DNA from: Protoeuglena noctilucae
Taxonomy: Eukaryota
Direction of reading: 5' to 3'
Assembly (NCBI GenBank): GCA_958009085.1
Contig: OY253673.1
Coordinates: 248,001 to 312,000 of the forward strand
Length of the DNA stretch: 64,000 bases
Positions within the stretch are counted from its first letter, which is position 1, and each line of letters starts with the position of its first letter. The notes under the pieces were generated by a model, which made no database searches, was not told the origin of the DNA, and worked only from the letters and a program-made list of their open reading frames with translations. A program made the position numbers and the translations under genes. Positions 1-13,551 of this stretch are shown in pieces.

Positions 1-398
1 TTCTCTGACAAGGGTAACAGGCGGCTGCCCCGAATTCCTCCCACCGGCCCCGCACGCATCAAATCACCCTTGCGCGGGGCAAGTTGGAGTGTCTAGAGCC
101 CGAACGACGTGGTGGATCGTGCAGAGAGGTCAGGTGGGCGCGGGAGTAGCAAAAGCCTCCTCGTGGCCGGGTCTTTTTTCGCCCCGCGTGGGCCAATGGA
201 CCCACGCTAGCCCGCCACCCCTGTCTGCCCCATTAGCAAGCTAAATAATCTAGCTCCTGCCATGCGCACAGGCCTCCGGGACCGCGGAACGAGCGGGGGG
301 GGCCTGTACCTGGTCGAGGCGATGTGCTAGCGCACGCCATGGCTTTGCGCCGGAATCAGCGCCATTGATTTGTCTCTCCAATGCAGGGGACGGAGCCG

Positions 399-2846
399 AT
401 GGCCATGCTCTGTGCGGGACCGATCGTGTGTGGGCATGCCTCGCCGAGGAGGGGCGCCGGCGCGCATGGCGCGACGCGCGCGTGTCGGAATTGTGACGTG
501 GCTATCGTCGGGGCGGGACCTGCGGGACTTAGCGCGGCCATCGCGATCCGACAGGCCCTCCCTGGGGTCAGCGTGGAGGTGTTTGAGAAGGCGGCCAGGT
601 TTCAGCCGGCAGGTGAGGCCGCCGCGGCGCGGACCATCCCCGCGTCCTCATCCGTCGATTTGGCATCGTGGGGGCCTCGAACGGCCGGCCCGATCACACC
701 GACATGCGCGCGCGGGGCCAGGCGTCGCAACGGATGAGTTTGGGGGTCGCGCGTGCGCGAATCGCGCGGGATGCTGCCTTGCGGGGTCTCCATCGCGTGC
801 ACGTTTGCATCACTGACCGCGGCGCCCGGCAGCAGCGAGCGCGCCCAACGGGTGGTGCCGACCGAGGCCGGGGGCACCGCGCAACGTGACTCTCGCGCGG
901 TGGACTCGCGCGCGCAGGGTCGGTGATCAATTTGGGGGTGAACGCGATGAAGGTGTATCGGGCGATGGATCCCTCCGGTGGCCTCTACGAGAAGCTCGTC
1001 GCGGCCAAGGCGCCATCGACCTTTGCGGCCGTGTGGACGCTCGAGGGGCACGAGGCGCGCCGGCTGTGGCTGGAGGAGCTCGACCAGGCCAACGTGGCGC
1101 AATACGGACTGACGAGCCAACGCATGGCGTGGTTCGACTTCCAGACGGCCCTCCGCTCGCACCTCCCGGACGACTGCGTGCACGTCGACCACGCCTTCCA
1201 TCGCTTCTCCGAGGACGACGAGGGCGTGCTCGTCACCTTCAACGACGGGTCAGCGGCGGTGCGATGCAAGCTCCTCATCGGCGCGGACGGGGTCAACAGC
1301 CAAGTCCGCCGGCAGCTTGCGGAGGGCAGGTGCGAGGCACGCGTCGGCGGACCCACCATGCAGGGGCCTGCCATCCGCCGCCGCGCTGTCTCCAACCTTG
1401 TCGTCGACCCGCTTTGCGACGCAGCCAGCAACTCGAGTGCACGCGCCGCGTGCTGGCCCGGGCGGCGTGTTCTTTGGAGAACTGGCACGGCCCCAAGGAC
1501 GCGTTTGCGGGGATCGACAACTTCATCATCTACACCCTGGGGGGCGCCGCGGGGGCGTCCCTCCACTCCCTGTTCCACGGCTTGATTACCTTTAACGCCG
1601 TCTTCCCTCCGGAGTCTCTGGAGCAGGCGGGGGTCTCGGTCCTGTACGACCACACCGACACGACGGTCCGGGCTCACCTCGTGACCAAGGATGGGGCACT
1701 CAACTCGGACGACGGTGAGGACCACGCGATGGCGTCTTCATGTTGCTCCCAACGCTGTTGGTAGACCCAGTTGGCGGCATCGGTTGGCCCCTGTCGATCG
1801 TCTTGTGGTTGCTCCTCAAACGTGCACAGCCCTCGGGACGCGCCGCGGGTGCTCTGTGGTTCGCAGAGGATCCCGAGGTGGGGAAGCAAATCCTTCTCCG
1901 GTTGCTGGCGCCTTTCCACGACAAGGTCAAGGGCATCGTGCAGGGTATGCCCGCTGCCAAGATCGTGCTGCACAACGACTACCTGTGCGTGGACCCGGCG
2001 GAAGCCAAGTGGAGCAGGTGCGACGCGGATGCTTGGGCAGAGGGCGCTTATGCACGCCCTGCGTACCGCAACGGCTGCAGAGGACGCCACTCGCAGTAAC
2101 GGAGCCCTGCACCACCCACCCCCGCAGCGACCGCGTGTGCCTCATCGGCGACGCCGTCCACAGCATGGGCGTCACGGGAATCGGCATTGGCTTGGCGGTG
2201 GAAGACGCCTTCCTTCTGGCAAGGCGGCTGCAGGACGATGGGCTCAGCCCGGGGGCGGTGGTGAGTGATGAGAGAGATGTACAGGGATGCCAGGGAACTG
2301 CTCTCTGGTCGGTGTAGAGACGAACGTGCTTGTCGTGTCTGGTGGCACGATAACACACCGTGCCGTGCCCCTGACCGGCCGCAGGCGTCGTTCCAGAAGG
2401 AGCGCCTGCCGCGGATCCACATGCTCTACAACAAGCTGGTGGAGTTGAGGAAGCAGGGGCTGCCGACGGTCAACTCCAACTTACTCCAGCGGCCGGGTGC
2501 TCCTGCGGGTGCTCCTGCGGGGGGACCGGGGGCGCCACCAGCTGGGAACGGCCCCGCACCGGCACCGGCAGCCAGGTCGGACGGTGCGGGCGCGCCGGGG
2601 CCGGCGCCCAGGGACCCCGCGGCGCCTTTGCAGGCCGCTCCGCAGGGCCAGCCCGCGGGCGGCCCAGGTCCCGCGGCCTCAGGGCCGGGGGCGCCCCAGG
2701 GACCTCCCAAGGCAGGAGCGCCGGGGGGCCAGGGTCAGCAGTTCCAGATGTTTGAGGTGTGGGCGAACAAGTTCCTCGCAGAGCAGAACTGGGAGCCGCT
2801 GGCCGCCAGGGCCCGCAGCGTGGCGCAGACAGTGACGTTATCGTGA
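399..2846 (+). CDS. FAD-dependent monooxygenase (UbiH/zeaxanthin-epoxidase-like family), 6 exons, Pro/Gly/Ala-rich C-terminal segment
   Basis: Rossmann motif DVAIVGAGPAGL, DG motif LLIGADGVNS and GD motif CLIGDAVH. Exons approx. 399-612, 918-1329, 1425-1713, 1867-2017, 2128-2260, 2385-2846, joined by in-phase GT-AG introns. The start could be 381 or 399. Confidence 0.88.
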
Positions 2847-3060
2847 GGCCCGTCGCCAGCCCCACATAGCCAGGTTCCTGGCGCTCCCTCCCCTGCAAGT
2901 TCCACCAAGCATTTCCTTGTCCACCGCACCCGCCTATGCCGTGCACCCACTCGGGACGGCAACAGTCACCCACGCATGCATCAGTTTACTAGCAGCCCAT
3001 TGAACGGCTCTCGTGCAATGCCAGCGCAAACGTCCCAAACAATAATCTAGCGCTCCTATG

Positions 3061-3900
3061 CTAGTACGTCGGCACGACGCTCGTGAAATGGTAGACCTCG
3101 TCTGCGTCAAACACCCCCAACTCGCACCCGCAGTAATCGCAGACCACCGGGTGCAACTCACCCGGCTCGGGTCCGTCCCCAGCTCCTTGGGAGAGATCCT
3201 GACCAGACTCTTCCCCGCCCTCGCGCTGCCCCCCAGACGCCCCAGCCGGCCCCACCGCACCCTGCCCCGAGGCCTTGCCTCTCTCTCCACCCCGAGCGCT
3301 TTGGTCTACCTTCCCACGACCGCCCCCGCCCCTGCGCTTGCGTTTGCTCCCCTGTGACCCCCCCTCAGTTCTTCCCACACCCTGCCCCCGCTTGCTGCCC
3401 ACTCGCGTGCGCTGCACGAGGCGGCTCCGGTTCGCGTGGCAGTTCATCACAAAGACGGCCCTCCATTGGTCGTGGTAGACCTCGTGCTGTTGACATGCCG
3501 TGCATACGGTGGTGAAGCAGGAGGGACACGACTGCGGGCGTGGACAGTTGCGGCTCTCCGAGGATGGGCAGAGAAATTGCGCAAGGGGAGCAGCGGTAGC
3601 ATTGTCACTCCGCGGAACCCACCAGTATGGCATCGGTGCCTCCAACCCCTTTGCCCCTCATGTACTCCTCGTCCGAGTCGTCGGCGCGTGGATCGAAGAA
3701 AAGCTGGTCCAGCATCTCCTCCGTGAGATCCGCTGGCTTGCGGACGTCAATCTCCTCATCTGAATGCGATGCAGGTGGTTGGGCGTGATGCTCCGCGCAA
3801 GCATGCGCCTCGGCTGCCGTCGCAACATCGCAAACGCACCGGAGGTGCTATCCCCCTCCCCGCTCGCGCTGGATGCCAAACTCCCCTCCGCCTCGCTCAT
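3061..3900 (-). CDS. EAPP: E2F-associated phosphoprotein (EAPP C-terminal domain) homolog, 3 exons
   Basis: The spliced protein has an acidic N-terminus, then FFDPRADDSDEEY...DAILSCPSCFTTVCTACQQHE...WRAVFVMNC...HPVVCDYCGCELGVFDADEVYHFTSVVPTY, matching the Cys pattern I recall for Eapp_C. Confidence 0.85.
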
Positions 3901-4124
3901 GCTGGCTCGTACCGTAATTGCGAGATGTCGTCATCGAGAATCTGCCGCGACTCGACGCCAAGGAGGTCTCCATAAAACAACTCTGGCTCGTTTCAGCCAG
4001 TGTGTCGCGCTCTTCCCACACGCACGCTTCTCTCACGGACCATTCTCGATGTGCGGATCATTCTTGACATGAGCATGAGACAGATGAGGAATTCCAGCTT
4101 TACCTAGAGCGCGCCGCAGACTGC

Positions 4125-5028
4125 ATGTCCGCCCACGAGCAGCGGGTCTGGAGAAGCAAGGCTCAGCGAGAAGTCAGACTTGCAGCGAACCGGCTAGCGT
4201 CCCTGCTTTCCGCCTGGGACGAGCAGCGCAGCGAGGCAAGCGACGCCAACTCGAGTCGCCAATCCACGTCGTCCTGCACCCGCCCGCAACGTTTCGAGAC
4301 ATACACAGCTGCGTGTTACGTCAAGTAAGTCGCGTGACTCACGCAGGGGCGCCGCGCCATCGAGGACCTCGCGAACCAGCACCTGACGAGGGACGCGCTT
4401 CGGACGGCGGACCTGGGCGTCCTGGGCGCGGTCACCGGCATCCGCGAGGCAACTCTTAGCGCCCTGGGCAAGCGCGTCGCGGCGTTGGAGGAGGCGCTGC
4501 TGGCCTCTGCGCGTGGGCTGGGCGACACCGCACGCGAGCTCAGCTCGCTTGCAGATGATTTAGGGTCAGGTGTGATGTGGCGACCGGCGCGATGCGATGA
4601 CACGCGCAGCCTCCATTGCTCCGCCGGCCCGATACGGCCGGCGTTGCCTCAGCTGCAGTCCCCGCGCTCCCCCAGGGCTGACCGGAGCAGGCGCCGCGGC
4701 CGTGGGCGGCACATGGGCGCTGGCGCAGCCCGTGTTCCGGTGCCTGACGCTCCCCGAGATACGGGATGCATTTGCGCACCTTGGGGAGTCGATGCGCAAA
4801 GAGGCCGCGGTCAAGGGGCTGCTGGCGGAGGCGATGAAGGCGCGAGGTCAGGACTCGGCGCCCGAGAAGCCCGCAGAAGCGCCCAGGGCTGCGGGGACGG
4901 GTGCTTCGCGCGTAGACCCGAATGTCATGACCGTCTTCATCGCAACGTGGACCCTCGACCCGGAGATGGACGCGGAGGAGGGCGCCCTCCTTCGCACGAC
5001 CCTCGCGGAGGAGATGCGGGGGTTTTGA
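4125..5028 (+). CDS. Helical coiled-coil protein, CINP (CDK2-interacting protein)-like, 3 exons
   Basis: Exons approx. 4125-4235 (GC donor), 4347-4569 and 4691-5028. The C-terminal PVFRCLTL...KEAAVK...VFIATWTLDPEMD resembles the CINP-family C-terminus; family call is from memory. Confidence 0.55.
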
Positions 5029-5346
5029 TCGGCATACGGTGCCGTAGGTTGTAAGTTGTCGCGGACTCGAATGTCGTGAGATGAAAGTGTGATGGCGTGA
5101 CGCGTCTCGATGCATGGGCTCAAAGCCCTGCCGTTGAATCGCAAGACCCTCAGATCCCGACGCGGTCAAAGCCCATCGCGCCATCATCTTCTGACGTCCC
5201 TGGGCTGGCCCTCCCGCAAATAACTCGCTCCTTGACACGAACCGTCTGGCGCCGGTCCCTACGCGCGTTCTCGACACCCCTGGTGCATGGCGTCGCGCGT
5301 GCACTATCTCCCCTTCCCTTCGTGTCTCTGATGATGCGAAGGGGCC

Positions 5347-8300
5347 ATGGCGGAGCCCAAGGGCGCGGGAGATGACCCCGACAAGGGCGCCTTCCGCGTT
5401 GAGCTCGAGGCGCTGCGCAATGAAATCAAGAAGAGCGAAGGGATCACGGGGTCGATCGCGGGGTGGCTGGGAGTGGGTGAGTCGCCCGCTGGAGCAGTGC
5501 ATCGGGGCACGCTGCGGGCCACGGGAATGACGTTCCCTTCGATCCCCGACGAGCCCAGAATGTAACAGCATGCTGACGAGGAGGCGAATTCGTGCCTAGA
5601 TTTTCGCGCAGTGGCTGGCGAGCAGCCACGATGGGCTGGCAACGCCTCGCTGCTTGCACGCATCCGCCAACCGCGCGCGCCTAGTGATGCCTGGGTCACT
5701 TTGCGCGACTGCGAATGACCGTTCTGCGCAGGGGAGCTCTCGGCGCTGAGGGAGAAGGTCGATGGCGCGCTGAGCGAGACGGGGGATGCAACGGTGAGCG
5801 ATGGAGGGTCTGCCTGCGGGTCACGCGTGCCGTTACCACCCTCATCGGTGTCCAGCGCGTCGATCGAAACATCGCTTGCGCCTCCATCGCGCTCGGAGAT
5901 GCCCGAGCGCCGGCGCGGATCCGCGGCTCTGTTGGGCGCAACCAGAACGTGTTGCCCGCGCCCTGCAGGACGCCGGCACGGCCCGGGCCCTGGCTACGCT
6001 GTTCGCGGCGAGTGCATGCACCCATCCTCGCGTCGCGTCCCGTGGCATGGGCTCCGTGCAGCATTTGCTGGAGCGCGGACTGCTGGGCCCCGGGCACACG
6101 CGCGACCTCGTGGCAGCACTCAACATCCACGCGTCGTCCCCCGACCGCGCGCTGCCGCTGCGGGCCCTCCAAGTCGCACTCGCGCTCATGCAGAGCCCCT
6201 CGCGACCCACGGCCACCGATGAGATCCAGGTGAAGGCAGCCATGCGCTCTCTCAACACAACGCCCTTTGTACGCCTGGGTAACTGGCACCGTTTTCCCCG
6301 TGAACCCCGTCATGTCACCCATGCCTCCCCGCCTGCAGATGACGCTGTGGCTGTGCTTCCAGCTGGCGTGGGCGCAGAAGCCCACGCAGCCCCACACCGT
6401 CCAGGGCACGGCGGGCGCCGTGCTGAGGCAGGCCGTGTCGGTGGTGTTCAACCAGCTCGCCGCGGAGTGCGCTGCGGGCGTTTCGAGCGCGGGCGACCCC
6501 ACGCAGGCCCCCCGCGCCGAGCCTCTCGCCCAGGCGTGTGTGCACCTCCTCTCCGACCTATGCCTCCTTGCTGAAGGGTCCCAGGGCACTTGGCTCTCCG
6601 CGCCCAACATGCCCTCGAGCGTCGCTCTCGCTCTGCTCGAGGAGGCCCTCACGTGCTCCCCGGGACTGGTCGCGTCCCACAAGGCCCTGCGCGCATGCGT
6701 CCGGGACGTCGTGACGCCCACCGCGCTACGCTGCATAGCCACCGTGCCGCTCCCGCTCGGCCACCCGGACCGCGGCCACCACTCGCGCGCCTTGCTCGCC
6801 CTGGTGAGCCACCCGACAGCCTAGCCTGCCACCGCGACAGCCACTGCCCCAGTCTGCTGCGCTCCTGCCACGGTGCCGCTCATCACGCCCGCGACCCTGC
6901 CGCCCCGCCCACAGGCGTCCGCCCTCGTCGTCCGCTTCGCTCGTGCCACCCCGCCTTTCCTCCCGGCCGGTGACCTGGTCATCACCGCGTGCCAGGTCGG
7001 GGCGGGGCACCCCTGGCTGCAGGCCCTCGCCATCCGGTCCCTGCGGCCCCTCTGCGGCGACCCAGAGACCCTGCAGGCGCTCGTGATGCCATCCACGTCC
7101 GCCACTGCGAATGAGGGAGCGGGCCGCCCTCCGCGGCCTGTGGCGACTTTGGCCCGCGCCCTGGCAGCGCCCTTTGCGCAGCTGCAGGGCATGCCGGGTC
7201 CCGAGGCCGTCGCGGTGCTGCGGGAGCTGGAGGAGTCGGTGGAATCGCGGGCGGCGGCCAAGGGCGGAGAGCGGCGCAGCATGGGCGGCAGGAAGGGCCC
7301 GCTGGGCCGGGAGGCCGAGCCACCCGTGGGGCTCGGCGTCGTCTGCGCGGCGTCCCTCGAGTGCGTGCTGTCGCTGGCGCGAGCCGCCCAGGGGCTGTCG
7401 TCAGCTGCGGGCACGGAAGGCGTGGACAGTGCACCGTCCGACAACACCCGGGCTGCTGCCGCATTCGTTGCGGACGTGTGGGAAGACCTGCACTCCGTCC
7501 TGGCCCTTGTTCTTAACCAGTGCTCGTCCCTGTCCATCGTCACGGGTGAGAGATGACCCTGCTCACCACACCCAGAGGCGTTTGCGCCACAGTGTGACGC
7601 TGGGACCGCCCCGCCCGCCCCGCTCTGCGCAGACTCGATGATGGCGCTGCAGGGTCTCATCGTCGCATCCGGCAGCACGGGTCTCCCCGAGGCCCGCGAC
7701 CTGATGCTCCAGACGCTGTGCACGCTGGCGCTCCCAGGGGCGGAGGAGGCGGCTGCGGGCGAGGAGGACCCGCGGCTGTCTGCGCGCAACCAGCATGCGC
7801 TGCGGCACCTGATCAATGTGCTGCAGGAACTCGGCGCGCGGATGGGGTCGGGGTGGGACGTGGTGCTGCGCACGCTCGACGCCCTCGACCCGGTCCTCAC
7901 CTCCGCGCCTGTCCCGGCCCGCGCGGTGCCCCGGGATGTTGACGCGGCGGCGCTCATTCCCGAGAGCGCCACGAGCGTCCTCGCGTCCGCGGCCCTGGAG
8001 GCGGTGGCGGCAGCGGGGCGCATGCAGGGGCGCGCCCTGGCGGAGTTTGTGGCCGGCCTGCGGAGGGAGGCGGCGCGCGTCCTCCGAGCCTTACCAGGTG
8101 CGTCCGCTGCGTTTCGCTTGCCCCCGACCACCATTCGCTGCGCTGAGGGCGTTGGTAAGTGCTGAGAAATGCGACGTGCTAGCGCCTTCGCTCCTCGTCC
8201 CCCGCAGGCAGCGGTGATGCGCGGGGAGTGCCTGCGTGGAGTCGCCTCGTCCGCGCGGTGCTCGGCGCGCTGCTGTCGCAGCCGGGGCTGTGGGACGAGC

Positions 8301-11300
8301 TCGCTGGGTGCGTGCTGGAGGTGGCCAGGGACGCCCACCCCAACACGGCTGTGGCCGTTTGCGAGTCCCTTGGGGCGGTGGCCTCCGAGGCACTGGCGGT
8401 CCGGGAGCGTGCAGCCGCGGCGCGTTCAGCAGAGGTCGCCGACAAGACGGCAGAGGGTGTTGAGGACGCTGCGAGGCCAGCAAGTGGCGAGGACCACCGT
8501 GCAGAGGGGTCCGACGTGGTTGGGGAGTCGCCTGCGTTCAATCTGGAGGTGTCGGTGCTGGAGACCTTCTCCGGTGCCTTCTCCACGGCCCACGACGCCT
8601 CGGTGTCCCAGGCGGTCCTGGCGTCGCTCTTTGCGGTGGTGCAGCGTCATGCGGAGAGCTTCACGGCAGCCTGGACGCCGCTCCTGGACCTCCTGCCCCG
8701 CGTGGCCCTCTCGGCGCAGCCTGCCGTGGTCGCGGGGGGATTCCGCATCACACAGAGCCTCTGCAATGACTTTCTGGACGTCGTGCCACGCGCACAGCTA
8801 CGGCCCCTCATCCAGGTGCTTGGCTTCCATGACTGCGCCGCGCTGGCTTGGCCCATGTGGCCGTCTCTTGTGTCTTCTCTGCATCCGGCTCTCTACCACA
8901 CCCTGCACCCTTGGCGGTTCGTCTCATGGTGTCCTCGGTAAGAGATTCGAACTCATGGTGGCACCGTCCTCCTTGCAGGTTTGCGTGGCGTATGCCCGGC
9001 AGACGGCGGCCGTCAACGTCAGCCTCACCGCCCTGGGTGCCCTCTGGACCCTGGCGGACTTCTTCACCCAGGCATCCGACGCTGCGCTGGGCCAGGGCAG
9101 CCAGGCCGACGCCGACGTCGACGTCCTCATGGTCGAGGTGCGATTTCGAATGCTGACAAGCATGTTGCTGATGTTAATGCAGAAGCGGTTTTGGCACAGT
9201 GGCGCCTTTCGGGACCGAAAGACGCATGGTCCCGCCCCTTATCGATGTTCCCACTGCTCTCCTCTCCTTCACACTGATGCAGGGCCTGCTCCAAGTGTGC
9301 CAATCGGTGGCAAGCCTGGTGTCCGACCCCCGGTCCGAGCTCCGCAACACGGCCCTCCGCACCCTATTCTCCCTCACCGCCACCACTGCCTCCACCGCTC
9401 GCGTGTGGCTGCTGCCGGCCTCGCGCCTGCGCCGCGGCACCCCCGTGCCCCGGCAGTGCACCGCGGAGGGCAAGCTCGAGTCCGGGCCGACCGCCTCCGT
9501 CTCGGAAAGGTCTCTAGGAAGTGGCGCAGGGCCCCTGTCACCCACCAGGCATCGGTCGGTGGGGGCATTTGACATGGCTGGGCGGGGGCCCCAAGTGCTG
9601 TCGACGCCCACTGCGTCCTCGTCCGCGCGTGCGCTGCCGAGTCCGGACTCCTCCAAGAAGAGCCCTGGGGGGTTTATGGCGTGGCTGGGCCTGGGGGGCA
9701 CCCCTGTCGGGCGGGAGGCGTCCGATGGCGCCGCCAGCGGGGGCGCTTTGCCTGGGTGGGCGCGGCCGCAGGTGCAGGAGACGCTGTTCCAGAAAGTGCT
9801 GGCGGAGCTGATCATGCCCGCGGTCGTGACGCTGTGTGACAAGACGGGGGAGGTCGCGCAAGGTGAGCGGGGTGGCGAGGTAATGGGCGGTTGCGCTTTT
9901 AGATGCCCGGCACCTCTTACAGTCACACGACGCTTCTCCGTGCTTTTCCGTCCGCAGCGGGCGGCTCTCCGGGCGGCATTGAGATCGGCCGGGTGCGTGG
10001 CCAGCCCGTGACCATCCTCGTTCATCACACGCTCGACTCTGCCCGCAAGCAGTGGGACGAGACCCTGTCCATTGCCCTGGGGTCCTTCACGCGGCTGTTC
10101 CGATTGCATTGGAAGGAGATGGTGGCGCTGGAGGCCCTGGTGATTGAGTGGGAGAACTTGGTACATGCCACGTCGGCCCTGGTGGGTGATGGGCGGAAGG
10201 ATGTCACGCTCGCGGGGCTGGGGCTGCTGGTGTCGGCGCTGCATGAGCTGGCGCACCGGGGAGCGGACGAGCGGGCGCAGGAGGATGGGCGGGCGGGGCA
10301 GGAGGCCCGGAGGGAGGGTGGGCCGGGCGAGGCAGAGGGGAGTTCTGTAGCGGGGCGCGTAAGCGGTGGGGTCGGGGGTAGTGCGAGCGGTGGGGCCGTG
10401 GGGAGCCCGAGTCTGCCGGCGACGGTGGTGCAGAGTTCGCTGGATGCTCTGATCGCCATGGTGGGCCGGGCCATACGGTGGGAGGGCGGCGCGCCTCTGT
10501 CGGTCCGATTGGAGCTCTGCCGGGCGCTGACCAAGGTTCTCTCCACCTCCACGCTGGGTGAGCGGTCACTTGCTATGCAAGCGTGCATCTGAGGCTTTGT
10601 TATAACATCCTTACTCATAGGTAGCGTGCTTAGATGCTTGCACATCCTGGCTGTTACCTCCCACCGCCGCTCCATGCACCCGCCCCACCCAGCGCGCCCC
10701 TCACCTGCTCCTCCTCTCTCCCTCCCCAGTGCTCACGCCGTCCCAGCAAGACCAGGTCTTCCGGGCCATCGACCTCCTCGTGCGCCACCCCGCGTGCCAG
10801 TCCGACCCCTCCCAGCCTCCCGACACCGTCCTGCACCCAGTGCAGAAGGCAGTGCTCGAGGGCTTTCCCCAGGCCCTGGCAGGCATGCCCCGGGAACGTG
10901 GCAGCCCGGCGGCCGTCGGGGCCCCGCCCCTGTCCCCGCGCCTGTCGATGGCGGGCCTCTCTCCCGGCCTATCCCTGGGCCCTGTCCCGGGTGGCGCTGC
11001 ATTCGACGCCCCCGCCCCCAGCCACGCGACGCTGCGGCCGACCCCGGAAGAGACGGCGTTCAAGGCCCTGCGCATCGCCTTGCAGTGGGTGGACCCAGCC
11101 AGCTCCGCAGACACACCCCCGGCCCCCACGACGCCGACGGGCGCGAGGGGCGCAGGGGCGGGAGATGCGCCGCCGAGCGGGGTGGATGGCCGGGAAGCGT
11201 ATGCCCAGGAGTCTGTGACGACTGAGGGAGGCGAGGGGGCGGGGGAGGCTGCGGACGTCGCACGGCCACGGTCGGTGGGCCCTGCCTTACGCAAGGCGGC

Positions 11301-12792
11301 GGTCGAGCTCGTGCAGCACATCTATCGGTGAGGGAAGCCTGGACGCATGCGGTGGCTTGTGGCGCTGAGCAGGTGGCAGTGCCGGTGGCGGTGTCATGTT
11401 GGGGCCTGCCCATCCTCTTGACGCGCGCCTGGCTTCGCGTCTGCGCTCGCAGCAATCGGCTAACCGAGGCGGACCAGTGGCGCGTGCTGGCTCCCATCAT
11501 GGACGCCCTGGGCGCGTGCATGCTCCCCGCCGTGCGCATGGACGCCAACGCACGCGACCTCTTTCTGGGGGCGTTCCGGGCATTCTGCTCGCTCCTGGAG
11601 GCGCCGCCGGGGGCCATCCGCGGCGCGGGCGAGGCGGGGGAGCCGCAGCGTGGCAAGGAGGGCGGGGCGGAGGCGGGCGACGGTGGTGGGGACGCGGTGG
11701 GCGGCGACAGGGACCTGGGGAGAAGGCCGGCGGACGCGGCGGCGGTTGCAGCGGCCGCCGCGCACCGGGAGGAGGTGGGGATGGCGGTGGTGGGGGCGGT
11801 GGAGGGGTTCATGCGAGGGCCGGGGGCGCATGGCGCGGGTGGGTCTGCGGGGTCTGCAGCGCCCATGATGCGGAGATCCACGTCTGCCCGCGCGGTGTGG
11901 CCCGGGTCATCGATGGGGTTGTCGCGGTACGACGGGGGTCAGGGCCGAGTGGGCACGGAGGTGGCTGAGGAGGAGAGCGAGGGCGCCAGTGTGGGACTGC
12001 GCAGTGACCTGTCTATGGCGCCCTCCGCGGGACTGGAAGAGGCGAGGGACGGGTTGGGTGGAGCAGCGTCTGGAGGAGCGGACTCGACGCAGCTTGACAC
12101 AGACGAGGTGAGGGTATGAGCGCATGCGGAGATGGGGGTGTGGGTGCTTGTGGTGCCGTCCCACTGTGTTCCGCTCACGCCATGGCGCCGCTTCGGTTCG
12201 CCCTCAGGTCGTCATGCTCGACCGCGCCTGCCACCTCCTCCACGACCCCGCGTGGGACCTCCCGTCAGCAGCCGCCGCGCTCCTCGTCCGCCTCGTCGCC
12301 AGCCTCGTCGCGGCGCCCCCGGAGTCGATCCGCAGCGGCCTGCGCCGCCGACACCTCTCCCTCGTGTGCCTCACCAAGCTGGCGGCGCTGTGCTCCACGG
12401 GGTTGGATCCAGGCCCCGCCTCGGCGCGCGCCGAGCGCGTGTGCGCCATGGCCCTCTCGGCGCTGGTCGACGCATGCAACGCCGTCCTGGCGCGGGCGGC
12501 GGGCCGGGACTTCCGCGGGCGCAGCGACGCGGCCCTCGTGGGGTTTGCCCTCGACGTGCTGCACGATGCGGAGCCGGCCTTGGGTGCCCAGGAGGCCCTG
12601 GCGATGCCCTCGGACCACCTCGCGGCGGTGCAGCGGCTGTGGATCGCGCGCGGCATGCCCCAGCGCGGCTTTGGGACGCACCTCCTGGCGACCACCCCGG
12701 GCCTCCTGGCGATGGCCAGGTGCGCCTGCCCCGACGCAGCGCTGCGTGCCAAGGTGGAGCGGCTGCTCCGGGCGGCGCTCATGGGAGAGTGA
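5347..12792 (+). CDS. MON2: MON2-like protein (Sec7-family-related DCB/HUS/HDS ARM-repeat Golgi/endosome trafficking protein), multi-exon
   Basis: Segments include AFRVELEALRNEIKK, LRALQVALAL, ARDLMLQTLCTLALP...LSARNQHALRHLINV...GWDVVLRTL, GFRITQSLCNDFL, NVSLTALGALWTLADF, DPRSELRNTALRTLF and ILVHHTLDSARKQWDET. Canonical introns lie between the segments; stop at 12790-12792. Confidence 0.88.
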
Positions 12793-13551
12793 AAGGCGGC
12801 GGTGAGGCTCGCGATGCTGCCCCGCCGCATCACGACGGCTTGCAGCCATGCACACTCCGCGCGATAGCTGCAAGGTGCTGTACAGTGGGGCTGGGCACCG
12901 TGACCCACCCGCGCCCTGCTTGAGCTAATGCTCGTGCTTTGTGCCTTGCGTGAGAGTGTAGGGCGCGTCTCTTTCCGTGATGGGACGCGCTGTGGCCTTG
13001 GCTGTCTTGACGCCAAGCGATAAGAGATGCTTGCGATGCTGTGCTTTGTCAGTGTCAGAGGAAGGCGTCACATTGAACATCGACGCTGCGGCTGAATTGG
13101 CGCGGCACGAAGCGGACGAAACGCGGTGTTGGTAGCGAGCGTGCGTGCTAGCTATGGAGAGGCGAGGGCGCACTGGCCCCGGCGGAACCACAGAGGGGCC
13201 GGGGGCCGCTGCGCTAGAGGTGTAACGAGTGGAGAAAAGACGCGGTGCGGGCGTGCACCCCTCTGGTGCGAAAACGGAAGGCGCGACTCGCATGCGTGTG
13301 CGGCAATAGCGATAGTGGTGCAGAGCGGTGGCCCGGCCGGATGGGCGCCACGGCTCGTGCAGAACCGTCGAGGCGGCGAAAATGGCGAGCTCGCTTGCAC
13401 GGAAACGATCGGAGAGGTCAAGAGGTGCGCGGTCATTGCGAGGAGTCCCAATCCGGGGACCCCGGAGGCCGACGGCCAGGCCCGGCCATCGCGGTATCTG
13501 GCGAAGTGGAAAGGCAGAGCCGACGGAGATGCCGGCGCCGTGGCCGATGCG

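Noticed and set aside
5347..5565. Stand-alone 72-aa ORF
   Set aside because: It is better explained as exon 1 of MON2, since a GTGAGT donor splices in phase to the next exon.
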